This document shows positions 27,302 to 34,719 of a stretch of DNA of 34,719 bases, in pieces. A model generated the notes under the pieces. It did no database searches. It was not told where the DNA came from and saw only the letters and a list, made by a program, of their open reading frames with translations. This DNA comes from Candidatus Tectimicrobiota bacterium. GTDB lineage: Bacteria > JACPSX01. The stretch is from NCBI GenBank assembly GCA_016193065.1, contig JACPSX010000246.1, positions 1-34,719 on the forward strand. The letters are read 5' to 3'. The first letter of the stretch is position 1, and each line of letters starts with the position of its first letter. The position numbers were made by a program, and so were the translations under genes.

Positions 27302-27718
27302 GGTTCGTCCGTTCTCCTATTCATCAAGGGACCCCGGGCCGTCCCTGTCGTTCCCCCCGCAAATTCTCCTCCAGCCAGTCGCAACCGGCTGTAAGGATTG
27401 CTGGTTTTGTACTCTATCGCCCGGGGGGATATCCGTAAATGATGCAAACACCTCATTCTCCTGGGGCACGGCTATTAAGCACTATTTTCTCCTATCGGCA
27501 TTAGATTCCATCACTTAATCAGCCTCAGGGGACTCTGAGAAGGGAAGTGTGAAAACTAGCTCCTTGGTGACTCTCAACTCATGTGGAGAATCCGCATTAG
27601 TAAAAATAGGCCAAGTGCATCTTGCGATTTCCCCCCGGGAGAGCCAATCTGCTTTTCGTGGGGGGATAAGAAAAGCCCAATTTTTCAGGCAACTGCGAGA
27701 GAGGATCAAAGCATCCCT

Positions 27719-28891
27719 GTGTCAATTCAAACGGCCGACATTCTCATTATTGGCGGGGGAATCATCGGCGCCAGCCTTGCTTACCAACTGGCTCTGCGCA
27801 AGCCTTCCGATTTGAAGGTCGTCCTGCTCGAAAAACGGGGCTTGGCCGAAGGCACCACGGGAAAATCCGTGGCGACCATCGACCACCAGCAATCCACTCC
27901 CCTGGACATCGAATTGCGCCAGCAAAGCCGCACTATTTACCTGGAACTGGCCGGCGAGTTTCCCGCCCAGATCGGCTATAAACCCATCGGTTTTCTCCAT
28001 ACGGTAACCACACCGCGGGCGAAAGAAATCCTGGAACGGGATATCGCCCTGCAGGAAAGGATGGGGGTCCCCGTGGAATTTCTGAATCCGGAGGAACTGC
28101 ATGAGATCCTCCCCATCTTGCGGACGCGGGAAATCCTCGCAGCCGGGTTCTGCCCCAAGGACGGCTACCTGGATCCCTATGGAGCCACTCACCTATTCGC
28201 CCATCAGGCCCAGAAGCGTGGGGTCGAGATCCGTACGGACACTCCCGTTACCGAATTTCTCGTGGACTCCGAGCGGGTCTGCGGGGTCCGGACTTCGGCC
28301 GGAGAATTTCAGGCCGCCATCGTGGTGAACACGGCAGGTCCCTGGGCCCAGACAATCTTCCAACGGGCGGGGCTCCGCCTGCCGCTGAAGCTCGTGCGGG
28401 GAGAGATCCTGGCCCTCAAGCCCGAAATCCTGTTACCTCACACCCTTCCCATGACGCTGAACCGGGAGACCACTTTCTATTTCCGCGAGGAAACGGGCGG
28501 GATCGTTTTGCTGGGGCGTCTGGACACGGACTACAATGCCCCGCGCCCGCAGGTCGATCCCGACGACTACTACGGCTGGGAGCAAAGGCCCGGCGACCAG
28601 CACCGCTCCTTTGTTTTCCGGATGCTCCAATCTCACCTCCCGGCCCTTCTCGACGCGCCTGTCCACAAGGGCTGGGTTGGTTTGCGGACGGTCACACCGG
28701 ACGCCCACCCGATTCTAGGTCCCACGCCGCTTGCCGGGCTTCTGTGCGCAGTCGGATTTAGTGGCACGGGGATTCAGATCGGCCCCGCCTGCTCGGCCTA
28801 CCTGGCGGAATACATTCTCAGCGGGGAAAAAACCGAGGTTTTAAAGACTTTCGGGCTCGACCGTTTCTTCCGCGAGCAAGCCCAGGATTAG
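27719..28891 (+). CDS. DAO-family FAD-dependent oxidoreductase (sarcosine oxidase beta/glycine oxidase-like)
   Basis: GTG start at 27719; IIGGGIIG.S.AYQLA, TTGKS, DGYLDP, VNTAGPWA, W.GLR..TPD.HPILG and GFSG.G...GPA. Confidence 0.88.
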   Translation: MSIQTADILIIGGGIIGASLAYQLALRKPSDLKVVLLEKRGLAEGTTGKSVATIDHQQSTPLDIELRQQSRTIYLELAGEFPAQIGYKPIGFLHTVTTPRAKEILERDIALQERMGVPVEFLNPEELHEILPILRTREILAAGFCPKDGYLDPYGATHLFAHQAQKRGVEIRTDTPVTEFLVDSERVCGVRTSAGEFQAAIVVNTAGPWAQTIFQRAGLRLPLKLVRGEILALKPEILLPHTLPMTLNRETTFYFREETGGIVLLGRLDTDYNAPRPQVDPDDYYGWEQRPGDQHRSFVFRMLQSHLPALLDAPVHKGWVGLRTVTPDAHPILGPTPLAGLLCAVGFSGTGIQIGPACSAYLAEYILSGEKTEVLKTFGLDRFFREQAQD

Positions 28892-29655
28892 AGTTTCAGC
28901 AGTTTCTTCAAACTTTCGGTGGTGATCCGGCTGACCTCCTGGGCGGACACCCCCTTGAGCTGGGCCACCTTCTCCACGATGACCTTGCCGTGGGCGGGTT
29001 CCGTCTTGATTCCTTTCTCCCGGTTCATCGGGAACGGCACCGGAGAGTCCGTCTCGATGGCAATTCCATCCAGAGGAAGGCGCCGGAAAACGCCATCGAG
29101 CCCGCGCTCCGCAGGGACGTTGACCAGTTCCCGGGCCGAAATGAGAAAGCCCATCTCCAAGCACTCTCTGGCCATCTGATAATCCCCTGAGAACCCGTGG
29201 ACCACCCCTCCCACCTGGGAGGCTCCTTCCTCCTGGAGGCAGCGGACCGTGTCTTTGTGGGCTCCCTTGTCATGAATGATGATCGGGAGACTGAGCTGCT
29301 TGGCCAGGGCAATCTGGGCACGGAAAACCTCGATCTGGACCTCCTTGGCCGGGATTCCAGGCTTCAGGTAGTCCAGGCCGATCTCGCTGATGGCCACCAC
29401 CTTCGGTTCTCCGGCCAGAGACTCGATCGTGCTGAGGCTCTCCCGAGTTGCCTGGTCTGCCATCCAGGGGTGAATCCCGACTGCCGCATAGACGGGGGCA
29501 AATTGACTGGCCACTTTCAGGGCCTGGCGGGAGATTCCCACCGTCTGGCCCACGGCGATGATGACCTCCACCCCGCTTTCCCGGGCGCGCGCCATCACAT
29601 CTTCGAGTTCTTTCCCCTCATAACGGTACAAGTGCGTATGGGCATCCGTCAGCAT
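28888..29655 (-). CDS. tatD: TatD-family metal-dependent hydrolase
   Basis: DAHTHL, AVGIHP, AISEIGLDY, LPIIIH, GVVHGFSG and IETDSP; start reassigned to ATG 29655. Confidence 0.88.
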   Translation of the reverse strand: MLTDAHTHLYRYEGKELEDVMARARESGVEVIIAVGQTVGISRQALKVASQFAPVYAAVGIHPWMADQATRESLSTIESLAGEPKVVAISEIGLDYLKPGIPAKEVQIEVFRAQIALAKQLSLPIIIHDKGAHKDTVRCLQEEGASQVGGVVHGFSGDYQMARECLEMGFLISARELVNVPAERGLDGVFRRLPLDGIAIETDSPVPFPMNREKGIKTEPAHGKVIVEKVAQLKGVSAQEVSRITTESLKKLLKL

Positions 29656-29917
29656 GTCAGCTCCCCCTTCCAGTAGGTCCCCTCCAATCCCAGGTCGTTT
29701 TTCCACTCCTCAGATCGTTACTTCCGGTTGTGCTCCTCTTGGCCTGCTCCTGCGGCGGGTGCGAAAACCCCTCCCCCTTGCCGTCCCTCAGGGGATTTGA
29801 ATGATTTCGCCGGCCGGAAAAGTTTTCTTCAATTGCTGCTCGGGTACAGAGTAAAGGATCGTCGGATTCAGATCAAGAAGATCTGGAAGGTAAGGAGGAG
29901 CCCACAGCGATGAGATG

Positions 29918-30226
29918 CTAGCGGCGCTCTTCGAGCTGCTTTCGCCCCTGAGCGGAGATTCTCTCGGGAGTCCAGGGAGGATCCCAGACCACCTCTACGT
30001 TCAACTCCTTGACCCCCTCCAGCCCGTAAAGAACCCGGTAGACGGCCTGGGTCAGGCTGTCGTGAAGCGGGCACCCGGGAGTTGTCAGCGTCATCTCCAC
30101 GCGGACCTTACCATCTTCAACTTGAACCTCATAGATGAGGCCCAGATCCACGAGGTTCAACCCCAGTTCGGGATCGACGACCTTCTTCAGAGCCTCCAGC
30201 ACCGTCTCGTTGGTTAAACCCGCCAT
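29918..30226 (-). CDS. DUF59/SufT-like Fe-S (metal-sulfur) cluster assembly factor
   Basis: VVDPELGLNLVDLGLIY, MTLTTPGCP and VWDPPWTPERIS. Confidence 0.92.
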   Translation of the reverse strand: MAGLTNETVLEALKKVVDPELGLNLVDLGLIYEVQVEDGKVRVEMTLTTPGCPLHDSLTQAVYRVLYGLEGVKELNVEVVWDPPWTPERISAQGRKQLEERR

Positions 30227-30236
30227 GGTTGACCTC

Positions 30237-31400
30237 CTAACTCACCCGGAGAGAGAGCTGCCGGCTCTCACCCGGGACATATACACAGTATGGATCCGAT
30301 TCCAGGTAATCGCCCGTGATCGCATAGGCTCGGGCTCTGGACCCACCGCAGAGCGCCTTATACTCGCAGCGGCCGCACTTCCCCTTGAGCATTTCCGGAT
30401 CCCGCAGTTCCCGAAAAATGGAGTGGTCCCGGTACAGGCGAACCAGACTCGCGCGCTTCACATTGCCGGCGGACAGGGGCAAAAAGCCGCTCGGGTAGAC
30501 TTCTCCCAGGTGATCGATGAAGACAAACCCGTTGCCGTCGTTCACGCCTCGAGGGGCTCGCCCGATCCCGTCCAAGGCGACTTCCATGCTTCCCCCACCG
30601 GTCCAGGGAAAAGGAACCTGCCGCGCTTCACCGGCCCGTCCCACTGGAATGGGGCCCGCGGGCCTTCCATCCCGGCGAATCCCCTGCGACCGTTCGATCG
30701 CCACCCGGCGAAAATGGGGAGCTTCCGTCGTCTTGATGCCGAAGGGGACCCGCATGGAAAGTTCGTACAGGGAATTGAGGACCCTTTCGTATTCCAGCGG
30801 GGTTACCTCGTCCTCGACTTTTCCCCGCCCCACGGGGACCAGGAAAAAAATGCTCCACAGCGCCACGCCCAGCTTTTCCACGAGCTTTGCAAGGGGCTCC
30901 AGTTCCCCCAGATTGTGCCGGGTGATCGTGCTGTTGATCTGGATCGGGAGGTGACACTCGCGGGCGTACTCGCAAATCCGCAGCGTCCAGCCAAAGGATC
31001 CCTTCACCCGGCGGAAGGCGTCGTGAACCTTGGGAGTCGAGCCGTCCAGACTCACGGCCAGACGGGCCAGCCCCGTTTCTTTGAGGGCCTGAACGTTGTG
31101 TTTCTTGACGGCCGCAGTCCCGCTCGGAGTCAGTGAGACCCGAAACCCCCTTCGGACGCCGTGGCGCACCAGATCGTAAATATCCGGCCGGCGCAGAGGA
31201 TCACCCCCCGTAAAGACCAGGAGAGGGAGGGGATCGCCAAATGCGAGAACTTCATCGAGAAGGGCGATCCCCTCCTCCTGGGTTAATTCCTGCGGGTGCC
31301 GGCGAGGGATCGCCTCAGCCCGGCAATGGACACAGGACAAAGCACAGGCCCGGGTCACTTCCCAAATCACAATAAACGGTGACTTCTGAAAGTCGAACAT
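30237..31400 (-). CDS. Radical SAM/SPASM protein (TIGR04053-like, NirJ/Ahb-related)
   Basis: PFIVIWEVTRACALSCVHCRAEA (CxxxCxxC), FTGGDPL, TTEAPHFRR, VNDGNGFVFI and KGKCGRCEY...CGGSRARAYA....DPYC. Confidence 0.88.
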   Translation of the reverse strand: MFDFQKSPFIVIWEVTRACALSCVHCRAEAIPRRHPQELTQEEGIALLDEVLAFGDPLPLLVFTGGDPLRRPDIYDLVRHGVRRGFRVSLTPSGTAAVKKHNVQALKETGLARLAVSLDGSTPKVHDAFRRVKGSFGWTLRICEYARECHLPIQINSTITRHNLGELEPLAKLVEKLGVALWSIFFLVPVGRGKVEDEVTPLEYERVLNSLYELSMRVPFGIKTTEAPHFRRVAIERSQGIRRDGRPAGPIPVGRAGEARQVPFPWTGGGSMEVALDGIGRAPRGVNDGNGFVFIDHLGEVYPSGFLPLSAGNVKRASLVRLYRDHSIFRELRDPEMLKGKCGRCEYKALCGGSRARAYAITGDYLESDPYCVYVPGESRQLSLRVS

Positions 31401-31407
31401 GCGCGCC

Positions 31408-32688
31408 TTACGCTCTCCGGGCCTGGGTCATAGCGACCGCCAGCACACCGACCGCTGCCAGTAAAACCAACCCCGCCAGACGGACCAAGACAGGATTCAG
31501 CAACATGAAGCCCAGGGTCAAGGCCGGAATCCCCGCGTTGAACAGAAAAAAGCCGGCCCGCGGCAGGCGCTCATCCACCATGGAGTCCATGGCAGGAACG
31601 GGCTCCAGGCCCACCTTGTCTCCGTATTTCTTGAGCCAAACCAGATGAGGGAAAATTTTATACAAGTAACCCACGATGCTGAGAGAAATCCAGCCCAGGA
31701 TGACCAGGGCTCCCAAGCCGAAATCAAAGCCCTCGGAGGAAGCCCCCAGCCCCAGCATCCGGAGCACTCCCAGAAGCGCCGCGACATGGAGGTAGAAAAC
31801 CGCCGTCAACGCATACTTCATGGGAACTCCGAAGGGACGCAGCCGGGCCCTGCTCATGGCGATCACCTGTTTTCCATAGGAAAAGACCGCTAGCACGATG
31901 AGGAGCGAAGCAGCGCGATTCCAGGCCGGCGGTGAGCCCAGGACCCAATCCCCTAGGAGGAGACCCAGGAGCCCCATGTTCCCCAGTGAGAAAGCCACTT
32001 TCGCAGCCCGCAGGGAATAGCCGTGGGCCAGGGTAAACATGGGGAAGAGCTTGTAGGAAACCCCGATGATCAGCAGGCTCAACCACCCCCAGAGTCCCAA
32101 ATAAAGGTGTCCCCTCAAAGTCGCAAGGACCGCTTCACTCAGGAAACCCGTGCGGAAGTTTACGGCCAGGGCCAGGCCGGAAAGAGCAGTTAGTGTAAAC
32201 CACAAGAAAGCCGCCAGGATGTGAATCCCGGTCATATCGATCTTCTTCACTCGCGCCAGCGTGAAGGCCACATTGATCAGGAACAGGACAATCCCAACCG
32301 CCACCAGGAGTCCAAAGAACGGGACTCCGTCACCCAGACGCCCGTGCCAGAAACTCCCGGCCAGCCCCAGGACTCCGATGGTGTAAAACCAGAACTGCCA
32401 GCGCCCCAGTAGGTCGCTCCAGAGAGTGACCTCCAGGACCACCGGCACGAGCTGGAACAAGGCGCCCATGGCCACCATGGTGGCCCAACCCAACACGGCC
32501 AGATGGGCCAAGGCCAAGAAGCGCGGATGCAAAACCCCACTGTCCAATGACGCGGCGGCGATCGGAAGCAGAGCCATCAGGAGCAGGAAGGAACCCGAGG
32601 CCGCCCAGAAATAGCGGAAGGGCAGGTTCAGGCCACCTTCCTTCGCGATTGTCGGAGCCGCGGTGGTTTTCGTCATGACGCCGTTCAT
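31408..32688 (-). CDS. Polytopic membrane protein with repeated H..LGW....G...L.P units (heme-copper oxidase subunit I-like repeats)
   Basis: About 12 hydrophobic segments; three repeats HLAVLGWATMVAMGALFQLVP, HLYLGLWGWLSLLIIGVSYKLFP and LVILGWISLSIVGYLYKIFP. Confidence 0.7.
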   Translation of the reverse strand: MNGVMTKTTAAPTIAKEGGLNLPFRYFWAASGSFLLLMALLPIAAASLDSGVLHPRFLALAHLAVLGWATMVAMGALFQLVPVVLEVTLWSDLLGRWQFWFYTIGVLGLAGSFWHGRLGDGVPFFGLLVAVGIVLFLINVAFTLARVKKIDMTGIHILAAFLWFTLTALSGLALAVNFRTGFLSEAVLATLRGHLYLGLWGWLSLLIIGVSYKLFPMFTLAHGYSLRAAKVAFSLGNMGLLGLLLGDWVLGSPPAWNRAASLLIVLAVFSYGKQVIAMSRARLRPFGVPMKYALTAVFYLHVAALLGVLRMLGLGASSEGFDFGLGALVILGWISLSIVGYLYKIFPHLVWLKKYGDKVGLEPVPAMDSMVDERLPRAGFFLFNAGIPALTLGFMLLNPVLVRLAGLVLLAAVGVLAVAMTQARRA

Positions 32689-33524
32689 GAGACGGGTTTC
32701 CAGATCCTCAAGATGACTTTCCCTGCTCCCTCCTCGTTAATCTCGTAGGAATAGCCGCGCTCCTCAAGCCGGGGAAGCAGGAACATGGGCCGGCGCTCGT
32801 GAATCACGAGGAGACGCTGGTCCCCCTGGAGACGATTAAGAGCCGAGAGGATCCGCTCCATGGGCTGCGGGGGCTGCAGACCGCGCACATCAATCGTGAC
32901 CTCATCGGATGTTACCTCCCCTCCTTCCGCTGGCCCAGCGGCAACACGGCCTGAGGAATCAGCAACGCGGGTTCCATCCCGGTAAAAGTAGACCCGCCAA
33001 TCCTCCGGACCGTCCGCCTGAGCCCAGCCGGAAAAACCCATGGGGCGCAGCACTTCGTAAAGCGGAATGGGTTCAAAGGGGACCCTCAGGAGAAGAACCT
33101 GCTCCGGCCGGAGTGCCTTGATCCTTTTCATGATCTTAGCAAAGGGCTCTTCCCCCCGGCGCAGGTCCTCACGCACATCGAGAAGAACGACCCGAGCAGG
33201 GTCCAACCTCTCTAGGATCTCGGGTTTGGGGCTGCTAGGCGCACGCGGGCACCCACCAGGTGGGTACCCGGCCGTGCCGGTCCCATTTCCCTCCCCGTGA
33301 CACGGTACCCCACCCAGAGATTTCTTGAGGGTCAGCAAAAGATCGGCCAGGTCAACCCCCGCCATCCGGGCCGCCTGTTCCAGCGTCACCCTCGGGGCCA
33401 TGAGCTTCCGCAGGACTCTGTTCTTGAGGCGGCCGAAGTGGGGATGGTAGCCCGCCAGGACAGGCAACAGCTCGGGGTAACGTTCGAGCAGTTCGGAAAC
33501 TTTCATCTCCTTGGTAATCACCAC
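32685..33524 (-). CDS. DUF1858 + tandem DUF2249-domain protein
   Basis: ITKEMKVSELLERYPEL...VTLEQAA (DUF1858-like), LDVREDLRRGEEPF..IM...PFEPIPLY and IDVRGLQPPQPM.RIL...RRPMFL. Confidence 0.78.
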   Translation of the reverse strand: MVITKEMKVSELLERYPELLPVLAGYHPHFGRLKNRVLRKLMAPRVTLEQAARMAGVDLADLLLTLKKSLGGVPCHGEGNGTGTAGYPPGGCPRAPSSPKPEILERLDPARVVLLDVREDLRRGEEPFAKIMKRIKALRPEQVLLLRVPFEPIPLYEVLRPMGFSGWAQADGPEDWRVYFYRDGTRVADSSGRVAAGPAEGGEVTSDEVTIDVRGLQPPQPMERILSALNRLQGDQRLLVIHERRPMFLLPRLEERGYSYEINEEGAGKVILRIWKPVS

Positions 33525-33558
33525 AGCCCCCTTTTCTTCATCCTGCAGTCTCTATGAC

Positions 33559-33798
33559 CTACCCTTCCTTGCGAATCTCCACCTTCCACACTGTAGGCCC
33601 TCTCTCCACATATTCCCAGCCGAATTTCCCGGGGCGCTCGGCCTGGAACTGGTAGTAGAGGGGCTTGGGATCATGGTCATTGATCAGTAGAAAACTGCCG
33701 CCTTCCGGAAGCTGGTCAAAGGTGGAAAAGATTCTCGGGTGCTTCTCCCGCGGCGGGATCGGACGAACGTCGAGTTCCAGTTTTTCTGGGTCGGTCAT
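33559..33798 (-). CDS. DUF2249-domain protein
   Basis: LDVRPIPPREKHPRIF..FD.L..G..F.LINDHDPKPLYYQF.....F.WEYVE.GP.VW.VEI. Confidence 0.88.
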   Translation of the reverse strand: MTDPEKLELDVRPIPPREKHPRIFSTFDQLPEGGSFLLINDHDPKPLYYQFQAERPGKFGWEYVERGPTVWKVEIRKEG

Positions 33799-33982
33799 AC
33801 TCCCTCCTCCGTTTGTCTTACATTTCTGCTGAATTGAGATCCAGTCTCCACGGTGTCTCTTTCCCCAGAAGTGTTAAACCCGAACGCGGGCGTGGCAGGA
33901 AGCTCTCCGCAAGGATCTGCAAGTAAAGATTTTCCCGGAACAAGACCTTCGCAAATCCTTCCCCTGCTCCGGCGATAAAAAA

Positions 33983-34228
33983 TTATTCCCCCGCGTGCTG
34001 GCGCTCTTTCTTTTGCAGCAGTTCCTCCCGGCTCTCGACATAGTCCGGATGGGTAACAATACAATCCACAGGACATATGGCAATGCATTGGGGCTCGTCG
34101 AAGAACCCCACACATTCCGTACACTTCTCCGGATCGATCACGTAAATGCTGTCCCCCTCGCTAATGGACTCGTTGGGGCACTCCGGCTCGCAAACTGCAC
34201 AGTTGATGCACTCTTCATTGATCAGCAA
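33983..34228 (-). CDS. YfhL-family 2[4Fe-4S] ferredoxin
   Basis: CINCAVCEPECPN, YVIDPEKCTECVGFFDEPQC...CPVDCI; TTG start with SD GGAGG. Confidence 0.92.
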   Translation of the reverse strand: MLINEECINCAVCEPECPNESISEGDSIYVIDPEKCTECVGFFDEPQCIAICPVDCIVTHPDYVESREELLQKKERQHAGE

Positions 34229-34266
34229 TGCCCTCCCTCCTTTGGCACAGGCCGCCTGCCCTAACC

Positions 34267-34308
34267 AATATGGGCAAGGAGTCCCAAAAGTTTTATGACC
34301 TGGATCAG
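34267..34308 (-). promoter_or_regulatory. Putative Crp/Fnr-family class II promoter
   Basis: Minus strand CTGAT-CCAG-GTCAT (34308-34295; Fnr consensus TTGAT-N4-ATCAA) with a -10-like CATATT at 34272-34267. Spacing places the box centre near -41.5. Confidence 0.5.
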
Positions 34309-34454
34309 GGTTTCGTGCCTTGACCGTAAGGTGGTTTCGTCATGAGCCCTGCGCTTCCCTCCTTTCCAAGAACGCCATAAGTTTCTCCCTTTCATTCCCC
34401 TCCGTGAGAAGGGGGGTGGCCGCCTGCAGACGAAGCAGTCAGCTGAAACGTGAG

Positions 34455-34614
34455 CCAGAAACCCCACATTCGCCAGCCAGAACTGGACCCTGGCCATGGT
34501 CAAACTGTGAATCACGATCTTTCCGGCATAGTTGGGGAGGAGCTTGTAGCCGACCCCAAAGATCATCATGGAGATCCAGCCGAAGAAATTCAGGTGCAGG
34601 TGTGCGCTTTTCAC
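34455..34614 (-). pseudogene. Fragment of a membrane protein containing one H..N..GW....G..Y..LP repeat
   Basis: VKSAHLHLNFFGWISMMIFGVGYKLLPNYAGK..HS...ARVQFWLANVGFL resembles the repeats of 31408-32688; in-frame flanking sequence on both sides looks non-homologous. Confidence 0.55.
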
Positions 34615-34719
34615 GTTCCCCCTCCGGTCCGGCACTGGGCGACCAAAACTGATCTCAGCATAACGTGGCAGGGAGGTCAGTAAATGGGTTGGACTTCCCA
34701 TTTTGTTGATGCGATTACA

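Noticed and set aside
24836-27394. 852-aa plus-strand ORF, and similar long plus-strand ORFs at 7507, 13158, 16256 and 23702
   Set aside because: Antisense to well-supported minus-strand genes and lacking family motifs.
27302-27718. Riboswitch in the divergent OFOR/DAO intergenic region
   Set aside because: Only short GC hairpins; no glycine, TPP or other aptamer consensus recognisable.
30237-31400. Radical SAM/SPASM protein as a RiPP maturase
   Set aside because: No RRE/PqqD domain, precursor peptide, protease or exporter nearby; the sequence fits the NirJ/Ahb-like group.
1-34719. CRISPR arrays, tRNA/rRNA genes, transposases, integrases or selenocysteine read-through
   Set aside because: No regularly spaced repeats, RNA gene signatures, recombinase ORFs or in-frame TGA at catalytic positions were seen.

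Overview
GC-rich bacterial scaffold, probably from a metagenome assembly (one 31-N gap), with almost all genes on the minus strand. The core is an anaerobic aromatic-degradation cluster. It starts with a bzd-type (ATP-dependent, class I) benzoyl-CoA reductase, bzdNOPQ, plus ferredoxin bzdM and a BzdV-like oxidoreductase. Downstream are a GNAT acetyltransferase, a small Cys-containing protein, a hemerythrin-domain protein, two paralogous Oah/BadI-like crotonases, two acyl-CoA dehydrogenases, a fixCXAB/ETF module and an amidohydrolase. Further downstream are a Tat-less three-subunit molybdopterin oxidoreductase, whose A/B gene junction appears deleted, and a family III CoA-transferase. Upstream lie a two-gene 2-oxoacid:ferredoxin oxidoreductase, ywiC, a DAO-family oxidase and tatD. 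A ferredoxin/DUF2249/membrane protein/radical SAM-SPASM/DUF59 operon sits behind a probable Crp/Fnr-type promoter. Several short MITE/REP-like elements occupy intergenic gaps. All calls come from motif recognition by eye; no database search was run.
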